Source: the human T2T-CHM13v2.0 reference genome, Homo sapiens
DNA length: 64,000 bases
Direction: 5' to 3'
NCBI GenBank assembly: GCA_009914755.4
Contig: CP068257.2
Span: forward strand, 23,104,001-23,168,000
Below, piece after piece: positions 52,889 to 64,000 of the stretch. The notes under the pieces were generated by a model that ran no database searches, had not been told where the DNA came from, and saw only the letters and a list, made by a program, of their open reading frames with translations. The position numbers and the translations under genes were made by a program. Positions within the stretch are counted from its first letter, which is position 1; the number at the start of each line of letters is the position of its first letter.

Positions 52889-55692
52889 GCTACACCATCC
52901 TCACTTTATCTTATCAAAATTTTTGCAATTTTTTTCTCTGACATACTTGTTTTTATTCATTGTATTTGGTTATAACTAAGAAAACCCTTAAAAATGTAAT
53001 TTCAAGCACATTATTTCTTAGTACATGCTCTTTTTGTCAACATTATCAAAATTATTTTTTCTTTATTACAGGAAATAAGTTTTTTACCGTGTGTAGTTAC
53101 CAAAAACAACAAAACTATATGACTTTGAAGAATTAATAAAAGCCAGTTTTATGTTTTAATAATTTAACATTTTTATGGACAGAGTTTTATGATAGAGACT
53201 AAATTAAGAAAAGTCAATGTCATCTTGAAGATAACCCATAAAAAATGTGTCTGAAATTTACATGTTTAGTGTAATTATTAGGTTTTGTTAAGACTATTTT
53301 TTAATACCAGAGAGAGACAAATGGTTTAGTGAAGAATTAGACTTACAGTTTAATAGAAATACGATTCTCAGAAAGTTATTTATAATTTCTGAGCTTAAAA
53401 ATGTTATTTTAAAAAATTATTATATGAATCACATTTATCCCCTCAGATATTCTGGGGTTATATGATATTTTTTAAAACGATACTTTGAAATATGTTTAAA
53501 ACTTTTAAGGTGCTAATATTTGTTTAAAAAACTTTAATATGAATTGGAGTTAAGAATTTTACTTCAACCTGAGTTGAATTTGTTAGACCTTGAGATTTCT
53601 ATGACTACTATTACAATCATGCAAAGAAGGCATTAATTAAACAAAAATAATATTTTATGCTCTTGGTATGGGATAATCATTTCCAGTACTAACACCTTCT
53701 CTCTGTGAAATTCAAATAATCGTAAGAAATTTATCCATATTTTTTACAATGTAGGAACTCCTCTCTTTAACATACATGAGTTAAATGATTTTTAAAAACA
53801 GCTTTATTGAGCTATAGCAGATATACAAAAAACTATGCATATTTAAAATATAAAATTTGATGAGTTTGAACATATATATCTACCACATCAAGGTAACAGA
53901 AATATCCATCAAGGTTTAATTTATACCATAATATTCATATTTAATGAGTAAGGAAAATATTGGCTTACAATATTTTTAAGCCAGTATTACATGTAATAGT
54001 CAGTAACAGGTAATATTTAGATGTTAACTATAATATACATAAATCTGGAGACCTTTTTATTGCCTACATGTGTTTGGATATTTCAGGTGCTATTGATAGA
54101 GATATAATATTTAATTCATTGGCTCCATATAATTCAAAAATGAAAAGACATGGAGTGCAGAGTGTTGGTTTTTTTACTAAATAACAGTTACAATCAATGT
54201 TTTATTTATATGAAATGGAGTCAAATAAGTTGAAGGCCATTGTAATTAATAAGTAGGAAATGAAGTGTGAACACATTTCAACGTCCCACTGGGAAATCTA
54301 GGTGACCAGGAGCAGTTAAACTGGACACCGGTTGTCATCTTCCCAGGAGAGCTCTTTGTCATCATCTTTAAATGAAGAATGCAAAACATCATTTTTAGAT
54401 ATTTTTGAATCCTTACAAGTCTGAAAGCCTTTAAACATCATAACTGAAATAATGAGAGACTATTAATAAATGTGATTGACTAAAAGAGTTGCCAGGTGGG
54501 TTTGATTCCCAAGTAAGCCAAAAAAAGGCAACAGAAGCTTATGAAATGTCACAACAATTTATGACAACTTTTGTTATCACAAAGAGAGTCATTCAATTTC
54601 CAAAATAATGTAATTTTAGAAACATGTTATTTCATTTGATCATAGACGCAAGTTCTATATTTTATTATTAAAATATTTTATTTTTCTTCTTTCTAAATAA
54701 AATAAAATTAATTAGAAACCTGAATAATCAACAGCAAAAATGTGGACTAAAGTTTTACAGTTGTGACACAATACTCCATTTGATGAACAAAGAGAAAACT
54801 ATTATATGGTTTAAATTGTTTCCTGAATTAAAAGTAATTAAATCTTTGGATTTGTAAAACTAAATACATACATTAATATGGTAGATGTAAAAGTAAAAGC
54901 CGAAATAATTTATCTGTTTCCACAGAAGAAAGAAAGGGGTAGGGAGAGAGGGTGAAAGAAGAAAGAAAAGCAATGAGCAAATATTCTTAGGCTTCAGTTC
55001 TGAACTCTAATTGCTGATTTATCTAACAAGTTGTGCCTTGTTTCAGAACCTTGGGGGTTATTTTAAATATAAGCGTTAGAAAAGTATGTTAGAAAAAACT
55101 GCTCACTTTTTATGTGAGAATGCCAAACTTGGCCAAAATGCAATATATTTATATATGTCCTAAGGTCAAGGTTTTCATCAATAAAAATACTAAACCTGCG
55201 TCCTAGACTCAATATAAAAACCATAAAAAGTGACTTTTATAATCCGAATATTTTTACCCAGTTCAGTTCTCAAATTATTTTTATTCTTCTGTCAAAGCCA
55301 CGTATATACAAGTCTTAGTGTCTCCCAATATCAACCAGGTTCTACTGCTTAAAATAGTCCTAAAGTGCTTTATTGTTTTAAAGATGAGGCAATAATGAAT
55401 AATTTCAATGTGCTTCTACACAACACACCTTACCCCTACAATTCAGAGATTCCAAATTGCCGATCTGGGATGATGTTGGGACATTGGTATTTTTGAAAAT
55501 ACTTGCCAAGTGTCTAATGAGTAGGCAAGATGTGAAGCACTTTATGAGGTAATTTCAAGTAAAGGTTCTTTGCTTAAAATGAAGCTAATGCTTCTGCTCA
55601 TTTATGTAACAAATATTATTGAGAAATAACTTCAGCACAAAGATTAATAAAACACTATCCTGTTCCATAATATACTTAAATTTTAATGGAAC

Positions 55693-55720
55693 GTGTTTGT
55701 GTGTGTGTGTGTGTGTGTGT
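55693..55720. repeat. (TG)n microsatellite, about 13 units
   Basis: Sequence 'gtgtttgtgtgtgtgtgtgtgtgtgtgtgt'. Confidence 0.9.
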
Positions 55721-57027
55721 AAAACATAGACAACCAAAAAGGTGTAATTGAATGACTCTCAAGTCCACATTCCCAGAACAAAAGCTGCTTCTCAAATACC
55801 TAAATGTTCTTCCATTCCTAAAATTCATCATGACCTAAACCAAACTCAGGATCATGTGTCATAAATTAGTTTATCCACCTGACGTTCTTATTTCTTAAAG
55901 TTTCAGCATTGTTCCTGTTGACCCAGTTTTATTCCTTAATTCAACTTTTAGACATTCCCAGACATTCTGAGTCAATTTTAAAAATCACTTTTAAATATTA
56001 CTTCAAAACTATATATTATATAAATCTGACTTTTCTCTTCCTACCACCAATATGCAGATTCTTGTCCTCATTACTTCTCAGTATAATTATTCTACCCACG
56101 GTCTCTAAGGGTTAAGCTTGGCATTGCCAATTATTACACTCTCAGAAAAATGTTTTGTACTCCCTCTGCCTTTGTATGGCAGAGAACACCAGCTATTTCT
56201 CAGGATTCGTTCTCCCCTCTTCTACAGTAACACACACACTGGTTTTCAGTAGGAATAGAGATAGTTTCTACCATCCTTGTTGTATGTATGAGGTGGAAAA
56301 AAAAATCCTGGTCAAAAGTATATGAGAAACTTCCAGGAAGTCTCCTTAGACAGACACAATGCAAATTTCTTCCTTTCCTTTTTTGGTTTCCCTTTTATTT
56401 TTTCTTTTAGGCTGGAATGTTTATGTTATTGATGGAACTTGGGGAGACACATTTGGTGACCTTGGGAATGAAGATCTATCTGTAGGGGATATAGAACACA
56501 CTTGGCTATGAGAAACTGTATACCACGATACCAGGCATAGAGCATTATATTTACATGAAAAATAAATAAACTGCTATGTACTTACCCACCGTTATGATGA
56601 GCTTTTGGTTACTCTTAAGTAAATATAATCCACTTTAAATTTCCCTCTTTCTATATCTGATGTAATATTATATTTCTCCTAGAAGTATCTTCTTGACTAT
56701 ATAACTACTCCATTCCTTGTTTTTAGATTACATCTTATCATTTGGTCTTTCAACTAGTGTTCAATGAGGACCTACTCTGTGCCAACCATATTTAAATTGC
56801 ATAGACGCCAGAGTTAAGTCAGATAAAACATTCAGCCCTCATGAACTCTATACTTAAGTTGAAGAAACAAGTAAACAAATGACTCAGGAAATTCATATTA
56901 TGTTATCTGGCAATAAGTGTATTGAAAAAAAAGTAAATTAAGAAAGAAGGATAGCAAACATCAGGGCTATGGGAGGATTGTGGAGGGGGAATTGTACTTT
57001 AAAATAAGCCAGGGAAGGCCTCAATTA

Positions 57028-57345
<318 letters not shown>

Positions 57346-57348
57346 TCA

Positions 57349-57545
57349 TGACTTGAGGAGAGAAGGAACCAACTACAATGGTGTGTGAGGATAGATACTG
57401 GAACCTACTAGAGGGAGGATAGAGGGTGAGGGACAAGGCTGGAAACTACCTATTGAGTACTGTACTCACTATTAAACCCCAATGTCATGTGATATACCCA
57501 CATAACAAACCCGCACATGTATCCCCTGAATCTAAAATAAAATTT
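57349..57545 (+). mobile_element. Old L1 3'-UTR terminal fragment
   Basis: Sequence '...ggatagagggtgagggacaaggctggaaactacctattgagtactgtactcactattaaaccccaatgtcatgtgatatacccacataacaaacccgcacatgtatcccctgaatctaaaataaaat' matches the L1 3' terminus ('...gatgaaataatctgtacaacaaacccccatgacacaagtttacctatgtaacaaacctgcacatgtacccctgaacctaaaataaaa'). Confidence 0.6.
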
Positions 57546-58221
57546 GAAATTATTTGAAAAAGAAAGAAAAATGTGGGGGCAGACCCTCCCTGACTCCCAA
57601 CTTTTGTTCGTGGTAATTTCTCTACCTGAAGGACCCTTTAACATTATGTTAGGTTTTTGAAATTCAAGATTTCTTTTAAGATCTCAAATACACTTTCTTT
57701 AAAAAGCCTTTTCTACTACCCTTGTCCAGGTGATCACTCCTCAGTGACATGATAGCCTGACTGATTTTACTTTCTATCTCTTACTAAAGTCTGGCTGTAA
57801 TTAAGTAAGTCTTAACCCTCTTCTCTGATATACTGTGTCCTGAAGTTATGCCTTGAAAGATAACATTTATCATGCAATACCAATTAGCACACAACAAAAC
57901 TCATTATATACCCATATATGCATGTATGTATACTTCTAACTCAACAACATGCCATTTTAATATCATACATTTTAGCACAATCAATTTTACTAATTAAAAT
58001 GTTTGTTTCCTTATATCAGGTATGCTGGAATTCTAGTTAAGTATGCACAAAGTAGCTTAGCAAGTGAGGATTATCAAAGAGAGAAGTGTAATGATAACAA
58101 TACTTTTTAGGCTATAAATGAGGATTAATGAAACAATTCTACATCAGATTTCTCACCAAACATACTAATTATTGTTGTCTTTTACTTGACTGACTGGCCA
58201 AGAGAAAGACTGTCAGATCCC

Positions 58222-58670
58222 TGTTTTCTGAAACAGCACAGTTCTATTCTTTTGCAGTTGTGGAGGCCAGAATTCAGAAATGGGTTTTACAGAGTCAAAA
58301 TCAATGCCTCTGAAGGGCAATGCTCTCTCTGGAGGCTCTAGTGGAGAATCCTTTTGCTTGCTTTTTCCGGCTTCTAGGTCTGTAATTCTTGTTTACCTTG
58401 CCTTACGGCCCCTTCTTGCATAGCCAGTCAACAGCACAGCACCTTGCTTCAGTTATCACATTGCCTTCTTCTGTGTAAAATCTCCCTTAGTTCAATCTTA
58501 AAAGTACACTTGGGATTATATTTACCAACTATTTGAGAATCCAGAATAATCACTCCATTTTAAGATTCTTAATTTAATTACATCTGCAAAATCTTTTTGG
58601 CCATAAAAATGCTCACAGGTTCCAGGCATTAGGACATGGATATCTCCAGGGGCCATTATTCAGCCTACCT
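58222..58670 (-). mobile_element. MLT1-type MaLR solo LTR (minus)
   Basis: Reverse-complement MLT1: '...ttgtggaggccagaattcagaaatgggttttacagagtcaaaatcaatgcctctgaagggcaatgctctctctggaggctctagtggagaatccttttgcttgctttttccggcttctaggtctg...ccccttcttgcatagccagtcaacagc...ccattttaagattcttaatttaattacatctgcaaaatctttttggccataaaaatgctcacaggttccaggcattaggacatggatatctccaggggccattattcagcctacc'. Compare the consensus revcomp '...ggaggctctaggggagaatccgtttccttgccttttccagcttctagaggc...cttaatcacatctgcaaagtcccttttgccatgtaaggtaacatattcacaggttccagggattaggacgtggacatctttggg'. Confidence 0.7.
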
Positions 58671-61402
58671 TCATGCCATATAATAAAACAATTTGGCTTG
58701 AGAAGACAAGCAGCGCTTTGTTCTGAGAAGAAAGTTCACCAGCACAAGCAGCACACACTGGAAAATTGAAAATATACTCCTTTTATATCTAGAATGCTTA
58801 AAATTTAAATTCCAATTCAAATATGCCACGCAAGTATTCCCTATAGCTGTGGCAGTAACATTCTATCTACGGCAGTCTCAAGTGGAATTCCTTCATGACT
58901 TCCTCAGGATTTTGCCCATGACAGGGAGGGAACTGACAAGTATACTGAACATATTCTGTCTCTTCCATCCTTACCATATTGCAAAGGGTCACTTCATACT
59001 GTAGATCGGATGGAGAAGAGATTCAAACCAAACATCCAAATTAATCCTTCCTTCTTGTATTTTCTTATAAAATAATTATTCTCACAAATTGAACTGGGAT
59101 GTTTGAGTTTAAAAGCCAAGAATTGGCCACCTCTCTTCTCTGGTGCTATCTGACAAATTCATTCTGGGGCAGATGGCAGTAGATGCCTTAATAGGGAAAC
59201 ATAATGTGGAAAAAAACCAGTTATCACCTAACATTATACACACACACAGAGTACATATTTTAAAACGTATTCATATTTCTTCCCCTTGAAGAGTGTCCTA
59301 AAATTTCAGCATGTGTCAGCATCACCTAGAGGCCTTTTTAAAAAAGATAGCCAAATCCTACTCCTAGAAAATCTGATCCAATTGGTCTGCAGTGGGGCCA
59401 AGAATTTCCATTTCTAGCAAGTTCCCAGATGATACTGGTCCTACATATTCAGGGACCACTGCTTTAAAATACAACTGATACTACGTCCTCAAGTTCTCAG
59501 TCCACAGTTGGTGACTAAAAAGCCGCTTTTATCATGGTTCTGAAATGAGATCAATTTCACCTATGATACACAGCCTACAAAAAAAAAAATGCCTTATAGT
59601 AGCTTTAATCTTGTATAAGGCATTTACAGAAGAGATTTTCACAGTGTCAGTGAACCTCAGATTTGTAGTGAATCTCAATCTCCTCCTACATGTAATTTTT
59701 CTCCTTATCATAAACCTCAACTAGAATTAGGGCAAGCCCCTCAGTGAGACTAAAATTCCATCAGCTTCAGGTAATTCCATTACCTACAGAAGTCTTTTCA
59801 GAAAGAGAACCTTTGATCAAGCTTCGAGGGTGTCATGATTTCTCTGAGAGATGGAAGGGAAAAAAATAAAATCCATTACCGCAAAATAACCAGCAGAGAA
59901 TCCTTCCTCACTCCCATCTCTAGTCCCCTTGCTGCATAATTGCTTTAAGGCTTATTATGGCCACATTAGGGTTTGAGCTCAAAGTCTTCTCTAAAACACA
60001 AAATGTAGAGAAGTAATTCTTTACGAATACCGAATAAAGCTTACATTTTTTGTACGTATTTTTATTAATGTGGAAATTCCATTTATTACCAATTCATGTG
60101 GCAGGAACATATTATCCTGTGAATTAAAATCTCTATGGTGACATGGCAAGACCCATCTAAGAAATTCTCAAATGAACATAAATTAAGATCACAAACCACA
60201 TAGATAAAGGGCAAGGAAATTTACCTTTTTCAAGATATTGTTAATTTTTAAAATGTTCTTTATTATGATTTTCCAGAATTTTAATCAAGCTCACATATGA
60301 GCTCTACTACTTTTTCTCCTACAAAACCAATTACTTAAAGCTCTACAAACATACGTTTACTGAAATGAGCAGCTTTGTCCTTTAGCCTTGCTGCGGGCAT
60401 CAAATACCATGGCAATTATGGAAAGACTATTCAATGTATACCAATTGGTGTCAAAAATCAATAAGACTTGGCATTGCCTCTTTATGTAAGGACGGTAGTT
60501 TACCTTCTAACATTATTATGATAGTTATTTTGTAATTCTTGCCCTGAACTCTGTTTTTAAAATCTGGATTATAAGGTAATTTATTGGGATTCTATTACTA
60601 GTTGGCATAAAAGAAATGAGTCTACTGGTGTGTTCCCTAGAGCTTACTTCAGATTTAATGCTACAGTAACAAACTTTTTGCCATCCCTGTGGAAAGCAAG
60701 AGACTCTCTTGAAAGGCTCTTAGATATCAATTATTGCCTTCATTTCCTGAAATTAAGCAGAACCATTGTGAATGTTACCAAATAAAGGACTACAGGACGT
60801 AAATCATATACACTTGAAAGAGGATATGGGAAGGGAAGGTCTGAAAAGGGCACCTGGAAGTTCAGAGAGAAGTCACCAGTAAGCCCTCTTGAAGCACTGA
60901 GGTCTGGAGACAAGTCTGAATTTTCAGGCTGGTCCAGACGCCACAGTGGAACCATGAAGGGAAGCTAATGGGAGCTGTTGCCTCTGTGCCTCTCAGTGGG
61001 CCTGAGATCACTGTGGGTCAGCAGAGAAGTAGGGAAGAAGAACTGGGTTAATTAGTGGGAGGGAACAAGGACAAGTTGGACCCCGCTGGCCTTTCTGCAG
61101 CTGGCTGTCACCTTGTGTAATCATGAAACCTTCAAAAGGCAATGGGTCTTCCTTCACCTCTAATTTCCAAATCTCATGAAATGCCTCCGTGGCCAACTCT
61201 AACTCAGAACCACACAGAGAAAGGGACTCAGGAAAACTTAGTTCCGGGTTAGATACATTGACACAGAGCAAAACTACCACTGTGGTTTTGTAATGGAAGC
61301 ATTACCTTTTGCTACTTCCTTATTAAAATCAAATAAATGTGTGTTTCAGTGTGTAAATGAGTACCTCGATGGCTAAATTCTGGTTTTGACTATATCCAAC
61401 AA

Positions 61403-61437
61403 ATATTATATATATATATATGTAAATATATATATAG
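61403..61437. repeat. TA-rich microsatellite-like tract
   Basis: Sequence 'atattatatatatatatatgtaaatatatatatag'. The downstream 61440-61570 is TA/CA-rich low complexity ('tatatttatatatgaatacgtgtgtattttacatataaacatatg'). Confidence 0.6.
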
Positions 61438-62160
61438 AGGGAGCATGCATAGATAGGTACAAATGCTATATATTTATATATGAATACGTGTGTATTTTAC
61501 ATATAAACATATGAATAAATATGTAAATATTTGGAGCTATTTTATGATACATACACATATAAGCACACACATATAGTCAAAGATCAGGGCTAGTTAGAGG
61601 TGTCTTCTGGCACTCAGCAATTCTTTTTCTCTTTGTAAGGAAATTTAATTAACATTATCATTGATCCCTCATATAATGAGGTTATATATTTTGCATGCTT
61701 AATTAAAAACTAGACCTGGAGAATAAACAAAATAAACAATGGTGGTAATAGTAAAACATGAGTTCCCAGGTGTTTTTTAGAAGTATCGGTATGTGATAAT
61801 TATCTATTTCTTGAAACATGTTTGAGGGTCAATTTTACTCTTTACAATTTTCCAGCATGATACAGTTGGTGTTAACTATGCTGATGATTCCAGTTAAAGA
61901 CACTTATAAATATCAGTGTATTCTACTGTGCAGATTCATAGGACAAAGTGATTTTAACTGGGACCAAAAACTGAAATGAAATGAGGTAAGCACACTGCCT
62001 TGGTGGGATTTGTTACTTAATCAGTTGCAGGACACACAGCAGTTGATGTATTCTGACAGGGAGAATGAGAAACCTGGATTATGCTAATCCTTTCATATGT
62101 TAATCCATAATCCTAATAAAAACAGATATGTTATTCTCTCATTTAGAAAGTTAAAGCAAA

Positions 62161-62466
62161 GGCCGGGCGCAGTGGCTCACACCTGTAATCCCAGCACTTT
62201 GGGAGGCCGAGGCAGGAGGATCAGAGGGTCAGGAGATCAAGACCATCCTGGCTAACATGGTGAAACCCTGTCTCTGCTAAAAATACAAAAAATTAGCCAG
62301 GTGTGGTGGCGGGCGCCTGTAGTCCCAGCTACTCCGGAGGCTGAGACAGGAGAATGGCGTGAACCCAGGAGGTGGAGCTTGCATTGAGCCTAGATTGCGC
62401 CACTGCACTCCAGCCTGGACAACAGAGCGAGACTCCATCTCAAAAAACAACAACAACAACAAAAAA
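62161..62466 (+). mobile_element. Full-length AluS-type Alu (plus), close to consensus apart from CpG decay, with a (CAA)n-containing tail
   Basis: Sequence 'ggccgggcgcagtggctcacacctgtaatcccagcactttgggaggccgaggcaggaggatcagagggtcaggagatcaagaccatcctggctaacatggtgaaaccctgtctctgctaaaaatacaaaaaattagccaggtgtggtggcgggcgcctgtagtcccagctactccggaggctgagacaggagaatggcgtgaacccaggaggtggagcttgcattgagcc...ctccatctcaaaaaacaacaacaacaacaaaaaag'. Most differences from the AluS consensus are CpG>TpG/CpA. Confidence 0.95.
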
Positions 62467-62467
62467 G

Positions 62468-62626
62468 AATCAGATCTCATGAGAACTCACTATCACAAGA
62501 ACAGCAAGAGGGTAACCACCGCCATGATTCAATTACTTTCCACAGGGTCCCTTCCACATCATATGGGGATTATGGGAACTACAATTCAAGATGAGATTTG
62601 GGTGGGGACATAACCAAACTATATCA
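62468..62626 (-). mobile_element. THE1/MST-type MaLR LTR 5' fragment (minus), abutting the Alu
   Basis: Sequence 'aatcagatctcatgagaactcactatcacaagaacagcaagagggtaaccaccgccatgattcaattactttccacagggtcccttccacatcatatggggattatgggaactacaattcaagatgagatttgggtggggacataaccaaactatatca' is the reverse complement of the THE1/MST LTR start ('tgatatggtttggctgtgtccccacccaaatctcatcttgaattgtagttcccataattcccacgtgttgtgggagggacccagtgggaggtaattgaatcatggggg...gtgatagtgaataagtctcacgagatctgatgg'). A weak continuation ('gggagaatgagaaacc', approximately 'gagagaatgagaacc') lies left of the Alu at about 62060. Confidence 0.75.
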
Positions 62627-64000
62627 CAAGTTTAAACAAATTTAACCTCTATTTCATAAAGGAAATTATTAAGACTAAAAATATGCTCATATGTGGGCTT
62701 TGCTTTACAAATGTGACCAAACTATTTCATATTAACTGTGAAAATATTATTAGCTTTGAGAATTAATAATATGAGCAAGTAAAATGAGCTTCTTCTCCTT
62801 CCTTTAAAAATGTGCCAACCAAGATGAAAACATTAGCTCTGCTTGTAATCATCAATTTTCAATAACTCATCAAGTCCCAATGCTTGATGTCACTCAGATC
62901 ACCCTACTGGCAATCGGTTTTCTCTAACCTTGTGATATTCTGTGTCTCTGATCCAGGGCCACCACAGCAGTTAACTTATTCAATCATGCCTGCAGCAATT
63001 CACTTTATACTTTAGAAAAATTAACCAGGAATAATGTTTCCAAATCATGTGGCCAAAACTAACTGTGCAAGGGACTATCATAACCCTTGCCCAGAGGATG
63101 AGTCAAGTTTCTTAACAAGCCCGTATGTCCATATCATGAATTGCTATTTTATGTGTATGGTGATGACTATGGAAGAGGAGAGGATTTGGATCTCTGCTAG
63201 AAAGTGTTGGTACATTTCCTACTCCTTTTTTATACTTCATTCCAGAAACAATCTGCTAGGCGCATTAGGAAAATGCCAGTTCAGTCATAACTTTGATCTG
63301 AAAATTAAGAATTTAGGGATCAAAGGAGAGTTAGTACTACTCTTAACACCCTCATAGGTGCAGGATCAAGAGTCAAGAAATAACTGACTTCAAACACTTT
63401 GAAACTGTGATGTCCACAGTTGAAGGATTGATTTCAAAAAAACCCACAAAAAGTCCGGCCACCTCCAAAATTTAAAAAGCATTAACATGTAAAAGAGTAC
63501 ATTATTTCTCAATAACACTTTCTACTTGTGGATATAGCTTAAGACTGGAAAGAAAGATCAAAATACTTGTAATGATTACATCATTTTTATGTATTGATGA
63601 GTATATTTTATAAGTTCAGAAATGTCAAATAATGTACCAGATTGTATATTTCTGTGCACTCATACTGAATTATTTCTGACCTAAAAACAAAATAAAATTG
63701 ACAACTACTAATTTAATATAAATATTTTGTGAGAAAAAGGAAAAACAATTCCAAATGAGATCAATTCATTTCACATAATGCTTCTTTGAAGCAAACTGGT
63801 GTCTGAGTTTCTGTTGGAAATTTACTATCCTATAGAATTTCTGGTATGTGTACATAAATAAAATTGCTTATATTCCTGAGTATTATTTTGTTTTTCCAGT
63901 TCATCTCTGGGCACAAATGATTTTGAAGAGTGGGAAGAATTTAGTCTTTATAAATAAAGAATATCTAATGGACAAAAGTAAGATTTCTGGATTATCATTA

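Noticed and set aside
60740-61280. Two adjacent minus-strand ORFs (71 and 90 aa) in a GC-richer patch
   Set aside because: There is no continuous frame, no domain signature and no start context. The composition is more consistent with an old unrecognised repeat or regulatory DNA than with an exon.
63034-63357. 107-aa ORF in non-repeat sequence near the window end
   Set aside because: It has no recognisable motif, has AT-rich codon usage typical of non-coding human DNA, and shows no splice-site or conservation evidence in sequence. Without a database search it cannot be supported.

Overview
This window is primate (almost certainly human) nuclear DNA, not a prokaryotic locus. The evidence is 18 Alu SINEs (16 essentially full-length and 2 right-monomer fragments, 10 of them with recognisable target-site duplications), several LINE-1 fragments of different ages, three MLT1-type MaLR solo LTRs, a THE1/MST LTR fragment, a MIR, a half MADE1 mariner MITE, and many micro/minisatellites. 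The sequence looks AT-rich and CpG-depleted by eye; I did not compute composition. I see no convincing protein-coding exon, rRNA, tRNA, CRISPR array or operon-like structure. The longest ORF in the track is 170 aa, and every ORF over about 80 aa lies inside an Alu, an L1 remnant or a microsatellite. The region most plausibly lies in a gene-poor intergenic or deep-intronic stretch. The most interesting structures are: (1) an L1 insertion with an internal inversion and flanking 13-15 bp TSDs at 14518-15291, the classic twin-priming configuration; (2) an approximately 620-bp palindrome, with arms of about 182 bp at about 86% identity and a spacer of about 250 bp, at 31085-31700 that I cannot assign to a known repeat family; (3) a closely spaced inverted Alu pair separated by a 175-bp compound (GAAA/GGAA)n microsatellite at 50648-51726; (4) nested L1-in-L1 and Alu-in-L1 insertions; and (5) an ancient ~262-bp tandem duplication at 32857-33375. 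Nothing here looks like a novel biological system in the prokaryotic sense. The findings are transposable-element archaeology and candidate polymorphic or unstable sites.
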